A stretch of 64,000 nucleotides of DNA from Lepidodermella squamata (GCA_047495785.1 JBLDXI010000058.1:124001-188000), one strand, 5' to 3'. Positions 1-14,536 are shown, counted from the first letter of the stretch. Notes: generated by a model not told the origin, from the letters alone. Program-made: numbers and translations.

Positions 1-502
1 AGACAGAAAACACCTGGCTTCATGAAGAAAAAGGAGAGAAACCAGGCGAGCGAAGCGAGCTAACATTTTTGCAAATTGCTCCCTAAAAGTAGCTGAAAAT
101 AGCCTAAAAATGACAGAAAACTGGTTTCTCTTGACCTTTGAAACGTCTATCAAAGTGGTGGAATGGCTGGTCAGAGTGAGTTAGCTCAAATGCTTCGCGT
201 GCGCTTATGCGCATGCGTGCGAAACCGATCTTTCGAAATGCGCCAATGCGCACGGGTGCGCCACTTTGCGAACCGCTGCTTTACGGTGTTCATTTTCGAT
301 CTTCACGAGTACACACGCTTTTTGAGATCGTCGTGCTGTGTGATTAACAGCAACTAATTAGCAACTCTTTTTGCGCCACGTGAGTAATGCGCACGCACAA
401 CAAAGCATTCAAAACTTAATAAAAAATGCGCCTTAATAATTTTCAAAGTGAAATTTGTCGAGTTGTGATTGGCTCGTCAGTGACTCTAAAAGCCAGAAAT
501 GT

Positions 503-515
503 TCTATAAAAGGGA
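503..515 (+). promoter_or_regulatory. Candidate TATA box for the gene at 1324
   Basis: CTATAAAAGGG at 504-513, preceded by GATTGG (reverse CCAAT) at ~467 and followed by a purine-rich leader. Confidence 0.35.
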
Positions 516-1323
516 AGAAATGGAAGAGCGCCGCGTCAGAGCCGCGGCGCAATCTGGAAGACAGATTGGAAGATTGGAAGATAGAGAGGGAAGAATAGAA
601 GGGAAGATAGAGATGGAAGAGGAAGAATTACGACTCCATTGTGTTGATTAATTGCGGCTGTGATTGTTGGTAGAGCCGACTCGAGCAATATTCATCGCCA
701 GCCGAGCAGAGAGGCAGGAGAGATCACACAGCAGGGGGAGCACAGGAGTTGGGGCGGGCAGGAAGAAGCCGAGCAGATCGCTGAGCGGCAAGCCCGCTGA
801 TTACCATTCGCCAGAGCCGGCGCGGCACTGTTGTTGACTCGTGAAATGGACCCTGACGACTCGGGCACTCGGCGCTTGCCGTGTAGCATTCCGCCGACTT
901 TTTTGTCGCGCCTGCAATCCGCGCGGAACCGAATGCATAATCGGCTATAGGCGGCCGCAGCAGCGACGACAATCTCGTCGTGATGACAAGACATGCCCTT
1001 GACTCACTACAACAGCGACACGACCAGGCAGTAAATGTGAGCGCAGCAAGCGTTATGTTTGCCTGCTATCTCTGCTGGCGGCGGCGGGCGCATCTCATTA
1101 ATCTCGCCCGAAACAACAAGGAGCCGCCCGCCTGCCCGTTCCAACAGCCGCCTTCATTTTGCTCATCCTACTCGGCATGAGAGCTGCTCTCTCACTCAAT
1201 GACCATTCTCCTAATACTTTGTCTCCGTGATTAGTATTCCAACATCATTTTGTATACCTAATTCACATATTTAGGTTATTTTCCTGCGTTATATGATGAT
1301 GCAGCTTTTGACGACTTGATCGA

Positions 1324-4300
1324 ATGGCTGCGACGGCTTTCGTTAAAGACGACTCGACGTCGAGTGGCAGCCAACTAACGGTGAGCAGCCTCGCCGAGTC
1401 TTACTTGCTGCGCGGCTCCGACGCCCTCCGTCGGCGCCATGCCGGTCTCACCGCCAATTTTTATCACCAAAACACCGAAAGTCATGAGACGCGCGCGCCC
1501 CGACCCGCAAACATGGGCGCTACACTGTCACCCGTCGTCGATGAGCCTGTGATTACAGCTGACAACTGCAGCTTGGCGACGACGTCCACAGCTCGCCGAC
1601 ACCATTCGCACCGTCACCGCCACTCGCACAAGTGCAGCCATCGGCATAGACGCCGCAGCGGAGGCGAGGCGGGCGACGAGACACAAACTACGTCACCTCC
1701 ACCGGTCGCACCAACGCCTCGGCCGCCGTCGTCGCCACCGTCGCTGCCCAGCTTCCGGCCCGGCAGCAGCACCAAACCCGGCGCCGATGACCGACCGGCG
1801 GACTCGGTTTCGGCAAACAACCGCCACGAGCGCGCAACGTCACCGACTTCGACCATTATCAGGTAGGAATCCAGGTTTAATGCGCCCTGAATAAATACCT
1901 GTCTTCCGCCGCGACCTCGCACAGCCATCCTGAATTACAACCCCATCCTCCTTATATGTTGCACTCGCTTTTGCCTCCAGTTTTTCGTTGAGTTTCATAC
2001 ATATATGTATTATTATTATTTGCTTATTGTTGCGAACACTCGTTAAAACGTGAATCGATTTGTTGATTCATGCGATCATCGAAAGAGCGGATGGCGGAAG
2101 ACTGGTCATCTTGGAAACGACGCTGTCGCTCCGTACCTTCTCTATTTGACAACGTTTCTCGTTTCAGTGATAATAGGAGCTACGCCAACTACGGCACCCG
2201 AGTGAATGGAGTCGGCAAGCTCAAACCAGCCACCTCTCAGCTGATACCATCGTCATCGTCACCGGCACCACCGGACCAAAATCGGCAATATCCGGTACTG
2301 TCACCTCCGAACGTACAATCAGCGTCGGTTTCGCCCATGTCTCCACTGAACGTAAACACCGACAAAACGGGTGTCGCGGCGCCATCGCCTCGGTCGAGAC
2401 AAAACGAGGCCACGACTGGTGGTGGTGATAAATTGCTGACAAGAAGCGACGCCGTTTTCAATCCTAGCAATAACTACATCAACAGCCTAACAGAATACTT
2501 CAGCAGACTGCAAGTGGCGGCAACGAATAACAGCACGCCTTCGAACTTGAACAACAACGACAAGTCGGCTTCAAATAATTTCAACAGCGAACTACCACCC
2601 AATCTTGCACCGCCCGGCACCCCGCCGTTTTATTGGCCGGGCGCTGCCTTTCTGGCAGCAGCCGCTGCGGCTGCGGCATCCCAGCCGCCTCCGACTGCAA
2701 CACCTACGGCGAACACTGGTGCCGAGGGTAACCTCCCATTTCCGCCATCTTTGTGGTACCCGCCACCGTTCTACCTCCCTTATCCACCCCAGACAGGTTT
2801 GCCTTGTTGAATTACCTTAATGAAAAGATTAAAAAATAAATTATTTTATAGGTTGGCCGCCTGCGCAACCCCCCAACGCAAATACCAACACAGCACCACA
2901 ACCACCGCCCGCGTCTTCTCAGCGACAGCAACACCAAGACCCGGTTGCAAAAATTACTAAATCGAATAGCAAGAACAACATTTCGGCTAAAGCCGCGCCG
3001 AGCAAACAGCCTCCATCAGACATGGGAGCTAGTGCAAGTGTAGGCAAGTTGATGTCGGCAACGCCCGTGAACTGCGTCGTTGCCAACATGGCATCGGAAC
3101 CGAAAGGCGAACTGGTGCGTTCGACGCACACAGCGTCAGTTAAAAAACGCGACCAAAGCCCGTTAGGAGCTAACAGATCGCCAAGCCGGCAGCAGCAACC
3201 GCAGCAAAGTGCGCCACCTCGATCTAAAACCGCGAATAACATCTCCTCAGTAGCAAGCAGCCTATGTGCCAAACCCCCGATCCCTCCCAAACCGCGGTTG
3301 CGGCAATCTGCCTCGCCGGTTGCGCCAAAGTTGACATCGCCTGCTGGTCCTCCAGGAAAGAAACCGGCGATGGCCGATGCATTTTCTCAAACGCTGTCAC
3401 CTGTACCTGGTGCCACCCCGACTTCGCCCTCAGTTGCTCCGTCTACGGTTACCTTGGTGAACCAAATGGAACGAGCTGATGCCGAGACGTTCAAAGACGA
3501 CTGGACCGTTGCCGAACCGACCCCGCCCGGATCGGAAAGCGGCGGTGACACTATGCACTTTTCGTCTTCCTACTGCAGCCAATTGATGTGGGAGCCACGT
3601 AAGGCAAAGACTGGCGTTACCGAGTCCTCCGAGTCGTGCTTACCTGGTAAGCGCCGCTCATCCAATGTCGAAGACACATGCCCTGACTGCGAGTCCGAGA
3701 AACCACACCAGAAGAGCCCATCGCGCCAGAAACCAAGTCGGGCGCCTTCTAGGGCGACTGCGAAAACTCCGCCGTGTTTGTCACCGCCGGCGGTTAAGGA
3801 TGAAACAGGGATCAAATCCCCATCTCAACAGCAGCAGCAACAAGAAAATTCAATAGCATCGCATTCGATTAAAATTTCAATAGATGGCGTCACGCCTCCG
3901 CCTGTCCGCAAGGTTTTCGCCGCAAACTTGAAAGCTATGAAAGCAGCCAAAAAGTCGCCGAGCAGTCTCGACAACGACGAGCCGGCTGAACGTGATGCGA
4001 CGTTCGATGTCGAAAGCCAGGGAGTTGTCGTCACTACGAAATCGAGTGCGAATAATAAGCAGAGGACAGATTCAAGTTCACACACAAAACCAACTACGAA
4101 CAAAAAACCAGCTAAATACAACACGATCGATCGCACTTTTTTCCGATCACGCGAAGAGTACGAAGAGTTTGCGGCTGCTGTAAAAAATGCAGCGGCGGTC
4201 ATGTCGACAATGCGCCGTCGCAATGGCTCGAAATGGTTCGCAGGGTTGCCCGATGACGCAGAAACCAGAGCTAGTGCCGAGTCGGAGCCGAGATCACGCC

Positions 4301-4452
4301 CGGCGCGCCAACATTCGCCAGCCCGAACAGCTCGCAGTTTCGACGAGACAAGCAGTGGTGGGGCTTACAACGTTGCGCTTCAGACGGCTAGTTCTCACCA
4401 CGCTGCCCCGACGCAACCTTCAACAAACAACGGATCAAACAGGTATCATTGA
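1324..4452 (+). CDS. Large Pro/Ser/Ala-rich, low-complexity protein of unknown function (3 coding exons)
   Basis: ORFs 1324-1866, 2070-2810 and 3022-4452 can be joined through GT-AG introns at ~1863-2167 and ~2797-2851. GC-rich exons against AT-rich introns. No domain recognised; the 3' end could splice further. Confidence 0.6.
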
Positions 4453-5564
4453 ATATATTTTCAACCATGAAATGAACTTTTCAATTAATTAAACCCGTAT
4501 TTACATTTAAACCGAGGCTAATAATAGCCATGTTATGCTTTTCCATAAGGTTACATTTACCTCTTTTATTCATGTTTTCGATATGTATAACGAACAAGAT
4601 AGAAAAATTATTATGACTCCTGATATAAATCAGAGATTGTATAGATTGTGTCAAAATGCTACATATGTATATCGGTGAAGTTAATCGGAGAAGTGACGCC
4701 TGTTATACTATTACAGCATCAGCGACCCTGGCTACTAAAAATTTCAGCAGCTGAAATACGACATTAGGCACACGGCAGTTGTAGCTGGTTAGCACACTCG
4801 CTCGCTACACTGAATATCGCAGTGTCGCTCGTAAACACGCTGTTGCTGGCCGCTTGTGTTTTCGGACGGTGTCAAGCCGGCGCGCGCGCGCGTCCACGTC
4901 GTTGCCGATCGGAGGTGTCGGCGTTGCGCACTCGCGGCCGCGCGCAAAAACTGTTTTTCGCCGACGTGTATCACAACAGCGCGGCTGTTTGTAGTAGGAA
5001 AGAGCGTCAGTATTTTGCGCGCACTGTTGCTATTGCTGCCGTTGCCAAAAATCCGCTCGTGCGCTTGTTTGCGAAAAATCTCGCCGAACGTGCCGCTTTT
5101 TGTTTTTCAAGAAGTCGCTCGCTGGGCGTCGGCGCCCCGGTCAACACGCCGTGTTTGGCCGCCCCACTGAAGTCGTCGACTACTGCTTGCGCCGGCACCG
5201 GTGTGGCGCCATTAGCCGGCGCTGACGCAAACACGCGGCCGAGGTGCTAAAAGCGCGTATTACTTCCAGTCTTGCTTGATACATATACACACAGATACAG
5301 TAGCGAGCTCATCGGTCACGCCTATTTTCACGCCGCTAAATGCTGTTTGCGGAAGTGCCGCGACTTGGCGCTGCTCTTGACCGCGATCTCGCTTAATCCG
5401 TCGTACTCCTCAATTGTTGCCTATACTTGTAGCCTTCAGCTCGGCGAGAATATTGTTGCCAACTCGTTGAAATTAGTCCGCCCCCTGTTTATCTTTGTGT
5501 TGTCGAGTCGCTGCCACCACCACCGCCGCCGAGCGAACATCAGCTCAAAGCGGGGCTGTTGACC

Positions 5565-8500
5565 ATGCGCCCACCGCGAGTCCGCCCTGTCGACGACAAC
5601 GAAGCGCCAAGTCCCGTCAAGAAGGCGCCGGCGCTGCTAAGGGCCGCAAGTCAGCGATTGTTGACAGGCTTTTGCGGCAGCAAGCAACAACCAGTTAACA
5701 ACAAGAGCTACGGCGAAACTGCCGCGCCGCACCCGCGAACCGCTGCTATTTCAGTACCGCCGGGATCGCCAATGAAGACCGTGAAGCCGAAACTTGGCGC
5801 GAGTTTGTTGCGAATCAACTGCGAAGATTTGCCTGTCGACGAACTGCCGCTGCCGGCTCATCGCAAACAACCAGATGTCGTGCGAGCTTTAATGCGCCGG
5901 TCGTGTAGCTCTGTAGCTCCGACAAAAATTGAACCCTCGCCGCGCCCAGACACCGCTAACGAGCCGCCGCCCCCGTACAGCCAGCATCAGCAGCGTCGAA
6001 TCAACCGAGCTCACACAGTCGCCAATGAAAGTCTACTCAGCACTAGCAGTAGCGCCAGTAGTTGCGCCGGCGAGCAGGCCTCTGCGCAACTGAGCAGCGA
6101 CTCGGGCTGCGTGAATATCACGAAAAGCAAATCGCCTAAACCAGAGACTGAACCGCCGACGCCGAGCGCCGCCCAAGAAGAGAAACAAGAGCAGAACGCC
6201 GAAACCACGGGGCTTTTTCGGCGAAACACTACGGCGTGCCGGCCTGCTGGCGCCGCCGCCGCCAACCACGGCGAAGGACACGCTCGAAAGGCGCAATTCG
6301 TCGATGGCAAGGCGACGTCGCATCTAGTTGTACTCGGCGCAGGTTCCGCCGAGCCGCGTTCAAACGGCGCCCCTAGGAACATGCAACTTCTCCTGCCGAG
6401 GCAACCGCAACATCGCTCGTTATACGTTACACATGAAACTGCCGAACCGGAGAGTTTGTCAACCGACACCGGCATCGAGGAATCGGCGCGAGGATCGCGC
6501 TGCGTCAAAATGGTTCTGTACCCTGAGGATCTACGGCTCATCAAACAGCAGCATTTATTGAGCGACACCGCCTCGTCCCGCCTGTCGACGCCGTCACGGT
6601 CGCAACAGTTCGAACGCGACGTACTCGTCGCACACGCCGCTGCCGCTTCCGTTTCGTCGTCTTGCACCACGACTTCATCGCTGTTTAGGCCGCGACGAAG
6701 TGTCGTGATTGCCGAGTCGCCGGCTCACCTCGCTGATACGGGTAACTTGCGGCGGAGTAGTGCAAAACTGCGCCAATCGTACCCGGCTTGCATCGACGAA
6801 GCTTCCCAGCAGTCACCAACACCCGGCAAATTGCCTCAGGTGCTCTTCAGCCGCGAGGATATTCTCGACGCGATAGTCGAACGCGAGCGCCAACGCTCCA
6901 ACTACGCGCTAATGTCACAACGTCGCTCAAAGAGGTTCCAATTAATTTAAGAAAAAAATTATTTAAATTTAGCTTTCAATTATCGATAGATATTTTGAAT
7001 CCTTTTATGCTCAAACTTGACGGTATTATTTTTGTTTTACAGGCGCCAGAGAAATGGGGTAAGGTCGGAAATAGTCGATGTCGACGCTTTCGATGCAGCG
7101 ATGAGTGACAACGAGCAGTACAGGCAGAACGAACGTGACGAAGATTGCGATGGCGATGCGAATGGCAATGAGGCCGAGCACTCGGCTGAGATGATGAACG
7201 GCACCATCTACGTCGATGCCTCGTCCGACCAGGGTGGCGCCAACGGCAGCGGCACCGATGAAGCGGCGAATCTGTCTAAGCAGGGCAGTTTCCTCAACAG
7301 CCAGAGTCGTTACAAGAAGAAAATTGACGTTGCTGCTATTCGCAATAGTAAGCAGAATAGATATGCAACTGCGCGAGAGAGGCGCATGTCGATCGGCGCC
7401 TCGGCCGCAGCGCTAGGCGCACCGCCATCTAACGGCGACGGGTACGACGGCCAGAATGAGGATAACATCCTCGTGTTGAATGGTTCGAAACACGTTCGCA
7501 AGTCAATCCTATCGAATGGCCAGAACAAGTTGGCGATGATGGCGTCAAACCAGCAATCTGGCGATTCGGCCGAGGTCGGACAGTTGGTTACAATGTTCGG
7601 AAATGAAATATCCTGCTCTGAACACCCTGGCTGCTCGTCAAACGGCGAGCCGAATGGTTCGTATATGGCGTCGAATGGCAAGCAAAATAGTTCTGCGCCA
7701 CAGGCAGCGGCCTACTGTACGGTGTGCTACGCGGCTGTATGCCGCCAATGTGCGCAAAAACCGATCCATTCACAGCATACAATCGTGTCCTTGGAGGTAT
7801 TTCATTTTTAATTTAATTATCTTGGTTGTTTAGAGATTTTATGTTCAACAGGTCGGTGCAAAGCGTAGAATGCATGAGATGCAGGCGACCTGTCGCGAAA
7901 TCGACGAAAAGGCGAAACATTTCGAAGACAGCCTGCAGAGGCTTATTAAGGATAACAAGGAGTTGAAGCGGCACCGCGCCGGCGTCAAGTCTCACATTCA
8001 GGCAACGGCGAGTCGGCTCGTCAGCGCAATCACGATGCGCGCCGAGCAGTTGCTAGGCGAGCTCGACGACGCCTACAACGCCGCCGAGGGCGACTACGTG
8101 CGGCAACGCGACGACGTCGACCGCGCGTTGCTTGTCCTGCGCGGGACGAAAAAGTTCGCGCAAAACCTGTTGCTCAACCTGGACAATCCTCACTTCCGCG
8201 CACTTCTGCTTTCAAGCAAGGTCGAGGTCGAGCTGAACCGCCTTGTCGCCGAGCGCCGGGTTCCTGCGACCCAGACTAGCACAGCTGCTGTAAACCCCGA
8301 TGGTTCGAATCTCTGGTTCGATGAAGCGGCTACGGCAACGGTTCGCGCCGCTGAGTTAGCCGCTGAAACTTCACCTGCTAGCTTACCTGATCTCGTCGAT
8401 ATTGGCCGTCTCGTTGTTGCGAGCGGAGCGACGCGGCCGACGATGAATCAGCAACCGCCCATCCCACCACCGCCGTTGTCGTCCCAGTTACCGCAGATTC

Positions 8501-9786
8501 CACAGTCGTTGTTCGCGGGATGCTCGACTCGAGATCAAACGCCTCCAACTTCTGCGTCATCCTCGAATGGCCAGCATTCATCGTCAAACGGAACAGCTGT
8601 CGGCAACTCTTCAGTTCACACGATGCAGTCTCAAGTTGTGTCTCAGCTCGCCAAGATGAACTCCCAGCCTTCGATGCCCGAATACGCACGGCTTGAGTTG
8701 TTGTTCGGTAAGTTTTGAATTCGAACGTTTTACCTGGTTTTTTTAACGGTTTTTTTTCTAGATTTCCACAGCCATATAGACACAGATCGTTCGGCGCCGA
8801 TGCCAGAGTGCATAGCGACGGGACCGCAAGGACAAATGCTGGTGACTGACAGCGCCAATCGAAAGGTCAAGGTGTATCGGCACGACGGAAATTTTGTTAT
8901 GGAGATCCAATGTCGTGCGCAACCTTATGGCATCGCAGTCCTCGGAAACGACAAATTTGCGGTGACGCTTTACGACGAGTCGACCCACAAGGCTACGGTT
9001 GAGTTCTACGAGTTGGCGGCTGGTAATTACCTCCGTGCGCTGGCTTACACATCCGAGTGCCGGAACCGCAAGATGGCCATAGCACCGACCACACCCGGAG
9101 CATCTGCAGTGACAGGCATCGCGTCAAATACGCACGGATTCGTCCTCACCGACTCGGACTGTAATCAGCTGCGCCAATACGACGCCGCTGGTCAGTTGCT
9201 CGCCAGCTTCGACCTGCACGCGGTTTCGACGCCTGGACGGTCCGCCCTAGCGAGTAACTCAGCGACATCGGTTCCTTCGAGACCGCCTGGCTCGACTCCT
9301 TCCTCGTGTTTTGCCCATCACGTGATCTATGTTGACGCGCCAGCTCCGAGGCAACAACGGGCGCCGGGTGGGTCGTTGGCGGTGCCCCCAAGCGAGCCCA
9401 TGCTCGTCGCATCCCTGCTCGACTCGAACCAAGTTGTGGCGATAGGAGCACTGACTGGGAAACTCGCCTTCCGCTACGGCTCGCAAGGCGTCGGTCGAGA
9501 GCAGCTCAGCTCGCCGTGTGGCCTTGCCGTCGACCCGCGTGGTAACGTCGTTGTAGCCGACTCCGGAAACTCGCGCCTTCACGTTCTGTCATCCACTGGA
9601 AACTTATTGTGCCACCTCCCCCAGGCTTCTTCGTCGAAATCGTCCAGCAAGTCCGGCCAGGGTGTACGCCACCCGCGCGCTGTCGCAATCGCCTCAGGTC
9701 TCGGCCAGCAACCGGCGCGGCTTGTCGTCGCAGAACGCAGTGGCCATGTCAAGGTATTTGCCTACTCGGTATTAACGTCGCGGTAG
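5565..9786 (+). CDS. TRIM-NHL-like protein (long disordered N-terminus, B-box, coiled coil, NHL repeats; no RING seen)
   Basis: Phase-compatible exons 5565-6934, 7043-7796, 7852-8707, 8762-9786. B-box CSEH...YCTVCYAAVCRQC...HSQH, then a coiled coil. NHL repeats such as PECIATGPQGQMLVTDSANRKVKVY and LSSPCGLAVDPRGNVVVADSGNSRLHV. Confidence 0.8.
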
Positions 9787-11233
9787 TCTCCGATCTCTCG
9801 AGGAAAAATTGTTTATACAGAGTGTTCCCAATATACTTTGTCATAAATTCGTTCTCATCATAAACGTGCCCTTGTCTCTCTCTATGTCTCAAAAATATTA
9901 AAACTGTTTGTACATATTGGATGGACGTCGCTTGAGCGATGGCCGATCTTTCAAAACACCCGAATCTCATCAATTTATTGTTATAATATTAATTACTGGA
10001 TACAAATATTTATGTCTTATATAATGCATGCTGCTAAAAGCATCTCTAAAATTCATCTAAAAAAATATCACAGCCTGCGCTAAATTTGAGATGTTTTTTT
10101 CCAAATGAATGTTTCATGAGCGTGCCATTTCGAGTGCCATTTTACTCAAAGCCTCGTATGAATCACGGCTGATGAGGCGGACAGGTCTCTTCGCTGTCGT
10201 CTGTTGTACTGAAGTATGTGTATATCATTGAGCCAATAAAATGCATCAGGTATCTCTATCATAATTTGCTATTTTTCACACATAGTCGGTATATACGAAC
10301 ATGAGCGATAAAAAATCGCCAAATTAATTGAAGAATGAAAAATATACGGGTTTTATTCTGGTATTTAATGGAGATCTGCCACGAAAAATCGGGAAAAAAT
10401 GTAATCGGCAGTTTTTTTAAATAATATCATGCGGCTTAATGATCAATAGCTTCAAACACTCCAGTTCACAGCACAGGTGATGATTATATCTTGGAGTTAG
10501 GCTATATTTCGAAATTCGACCTTGCCACGTAATATTTTCGACTTTTTTGGCACTGGCGACTAGATTTTGTCCCTACTTCCGGTAACGTCGCACAGCGTTT
10601 AGAGCAGCAAAATTTCGAATTCACATTAAAAATCGAGTTTTTTCAATTCTTAGTAGCTTGATTCCAAGGCTTTTTTCAGCGTCTAGCAAAAGTGAATAAT
10701 AGGTGTTTACCCTAAAAAACGTTTTGCATGTAAGTATGCAGAGGGGCTGTTTTTAATTTGGGGTTTTCCAAAAATATATGGAAGACGATTTTTGAAAAAT
10801 GTCCGAAACTAGGAGTTCGATAAAGACCACTGTTCTTTGATTGAGTTTCTCTTCCTTCTCTTGTGCGCAACCTGCTTTTTACATTTACTTTTTCGCAATT
10901 GAGGCTTTTGGAATGATTTACACAATGAGCTGTTCTGTAGGTCAAAACAGAAGATGATGGTCGGAAGCGATGTTTTCTTTTCACGTGAGTACGAGATTAG
11001 AATGAATCGATGTAAAAAACTACGACAGCCTGGCGCCATTTCATTGTTAAATTTCTGTTGCGCAATGACGGCACGCGCTTCGCCGCATGACAACACGCGT
11101 CTTTTTTGTGCACGCGTGAAAAACAGAACTTCGCTGCGCCAAAACAGTAGCTCGATTTAGTTTAGCAAAATTGAAAGCGTAGAAAGCTGATTAATTTGCA
11201 CCGTTATTTTCGACCTGAAGAGCGCGGTTTGCT

Positions 11234-13418
11234 ATGACTATTTTTGGTATCAGTGGCCCGGCGTTGGTGCCGCCGCCGCAACAAGTCGAGACGCCCGCTA
11301 GTGAGCCGAGAAGCGACGAAACTGGACCGAGACAAACGGGCGAAGATGAGCCATCGAAACAGCTGTCTCAAGCGCTGATTTCGTCCTTCAATCGCCTCAC
11401 CGAACAGGATGACGATGATGATGACGAACGCGGTATGGCGCTGGTGCCATCGCAAATGCTGGCTATGAGCCTTGGCGACCATTCGCATCACGACGACGGC
11501 ATGCACGGGCTAGAAGATGACGAGGCCGAAACCAGCTGGAATCTCGACGGAAGCACTGATAGCCACGCCGTGCTCGGGGGTCTGAGTACCGCCACGCTGG
11601 CGCCTTTCACGAGTCGCGCTCATGCCGCTGCGGCGTTCGGACGCCTCGCCAAGCGCGCAATCACATTCGGCGATCTCATTGCGGCTGTCGACTGCTTCAC
11701 AGCTGCGTACGGCCAACTTGAGCAGTCCGAGCAGCGAATTGTCATTGCTCGCATGTACTTCCTAAATCGACAGCTTCTATACTGCCAGGTAAAAATGATC
11801 GCTATTTTTTCAAATTTTTTCTAAAATTGATATTTATTCCAGCATGACATCATTCGGCAGAAGCAGGCCTTGGCGGTTGCTGCCCTTGCCGAGGCGCAGA
11901 ACAGGATGCTCGAATCTGGTCACGTGGCAGATGCAGCCCACAGCGCAACTGTGCTGGCCGGTTCTGTCGAAGGGCTAACAGACAGCCCGGATGGTTTTAT
12001 GCAGCGGGGATCTTACCGGTCGCCATTCGCCACCCAGCAGCATCATCATCACCACAGCCACTTCCAGCAGCAGCAGCAGCACCAGCAACACGACTCGGCC
12101 TACGCATCCGGGTACCTGCGTTCGATGATGAATGCCGAGGCGACACCGTTCACCATGGGCAACCATCACCAACAGCACACGCCGCTGGCTTTCGGGATGA
12201 AGCGCAGCCCAGACATGGGCGCTCAGTCGACGCCTACGCCTGTTCTCAAGCCTGGCGTTCCGCTGGTCCACATTCGGCGATCGGAACCACGCTCGGCACA
12301 GCCGCAACAGCAGCCCTACCACCACCCACACCATCCGCAGCACCAGCCGCCGCAGCCCGTGCGCCTCGACGCGAAGCACTTGCTCTTGTTGCAATACTTG
12401 CAGCAGAACAATAGCCCGAACAACCAGGCGCCCATGACTCCATTCGCGTCGCAAAAGTCAACCCGGCAACCTCCAAGCGCCCCCAATAGCTCCATGTCGA
12501 ATCGACAACAGCGCAATGATGGTATAAGATCTGTTTTAAAATTGAATAAATCGATTGATATAAGTTTCTAATTGTTCAGTCGCGGTTCAAGTCAGCTTGC
12601 TCCCGAACGAGTCCTCTGGCTACAGGCAACGGCAGAACGGTGCTGAGGGCGCAAGGCAGCAACCCGGAGGGCGGCGAGTTGCCACTCAACAGCCACCGGC
12701 GCCTGCCCGCAGCCGGGGACGTACTGCTATGTCGTGGTGGCCTGGTATGAGCGGAGCCGACATCGAAGACGAGGTGATGTTGCCTCAACCATCGCCGTCT
12801 TTGCCGGTTAACCAGGCAGCGGCTTTGGCCGCGCTTATGATGCCGCAACAGCCGCCTCAACAACCACCGCGTCGCTCGTCCAGCAACCGAAGACCGACGA
12901 ATGGCAATAACGGCCCGCGCGGCAATAACTGGAATCAAAACCAGTTTGGCGGTCGTTTCGTCCAGCAGCAGCCTGAGATGCCGAGTGACTTTTCTGAATT
13001 CTTCGACCCTGAGCTGCTCATCCGGCAGGCTAGCAATAGGTTTGATCGTTTTTTATCACGAATATTTCCGTCCTTAATTGAATTTTACAGCGGCTACAAC
13101 CGATCGGCGCAAGTGCAGCAACAGCAGCAGATGAATAACCTGATCGAACAGTTGCTGAGCTTGAACGTCGCTACTGGAATGATGGGCTGTGGGCCTATTG
13201 GCAGCGGTAAACCGAATGCCTCTGACGTCCATTCATCGGCGCCTGCGCCCCAGCCGCCGCACCGCGCCCCGCAACCGGCGCCGTCTCCCGTGAACCTGCT
13301 CAGCCAGCAAGCGGCCATTATTCAAAATCGCCCGCTTCGCCGGTTCGACAACGTCGAGGATGGCGACTTGCCACCTGCCAAGTCAGCACAAACCGCTGCT
13401 GCTTCATCGTTTGCCTGA
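11234..13418 (+). CDS. Q/H/N/P-rich protein with a short helical (TPR-like) segment, unknown function
   Basis: Phase-compatible exons 11234-11788, 11843-12521, 12580-13039, 13091-13418. Poly-Q/H tracts; helical segment AAAAFGRLAKRAITFGDLIAAVDCFTAAYGQL. Confidence 0.65.
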
Positions 13419-14536
13419 AAAAACCGAGTTATTTTCTGTTGTTACGTGTTCGTGATATTTCTTGTGGTAAGAGTGAGAGAGTTGGGGACTAAATGTCTAG
13501 TGGGAGTGACAAATATATTGTACCTGTATATTATATCTCATTTATTGTGCTAATTCTTAAAAAAAATGTGCTTTTTTTTCTTTTGTTTAATTCTTTTTTC
13601 GCTTCGCGGACGTCCACTCGATCGCCGATATCTCTATCTTGAAAACAGTCTCGACGAGTCGCCGCCGCTGAGTTTGATCGAAAAATTATGATTCGGTTTT
13701 TGCTGCGTGTATTACAATTATTCGCTAATATTTATCGGTTACAATGCTATCAAATTCCAGTCGTTATAATCTTGTCATCACACCACAGCAAGTCGGCTAA
13801 GTGCCTTGTACTGAAATTTTTTCGTTATAAGAAAATTATTTCCGTAGTACAGCCCTTCGTATGCCAGCCACTTCCTACCTCTACGATTCCTCCCAGGTGA
13901 ATTATATGGCGCGGAAATCGAAAAATCTGTTAAGCTATTATATGAATTCAATAGTTCTTAATGATTTTTAAAAGTTTGTGCAAGTCTGATGATTTGAGGT
14001 ATAAGAAAGCTGTCATGCGAAGCGCGGTAATACGATATATTTACTGGCCGGAAAATGCAATCAACACCGGTAAAAAATAAAATGAATATAAAATCGGGTC
14101 GTTCATTTTGAAATATTACTTTTTTTATAACGGTGTTTCATGCAACATTTTGAAAAAGGCAAAATGAAGACATCTTTTCTACACTCTGCCGTCTCATGGG
14201 TGCCGAGCAGTGCGGGCGAAGTGGGACATGTAGGTTCGCAAAAAGTTCGCGTTCCTGATGGCCACTCCCTCGGAGTTCTCATTTCGAGATATTTCAATTT
14301 CAAACGATATTTCAAAGTATCAAAGGAGAAAAGGCAGATACCTAGCTGATTCTGAGGTATTTTATTCATTTTTTAACAATAAACAATAGCAGCAGATGGT
14401 GTAAATCGAAACATGGAAATAATTAAATAGGAATCACCGTATTATTGGAGCAATTCGCAATCGTATTTTAAAATATGATAAAAAAAGGTTTTTCATTCGA
14501 TATCTGGTTCGGCGGATAATGATCTCACACCTCAAT

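Noticed and set aside
4822-5560. GC-rich ORFs upstream of the TRIM-NHL gene
   Set aside because: Non-ATG starts and no protein features; more likely a CpG-rich promoter or 5' UTR.
10160-10205. CTGATGAG suggesting a hammerhead ribozyme
   Set aside because: No GAAA after a stem II and no compatible stem III or cleavage triplet.
14200-14275. GGCGAAGTGGGAC resembling an HDV ribozyme 3' end, with a paralogous copy near 16420
   Set aside because: Could not build P1/P2/P3 pairings; the similarity is explained by the duplicated exonuclease flank.
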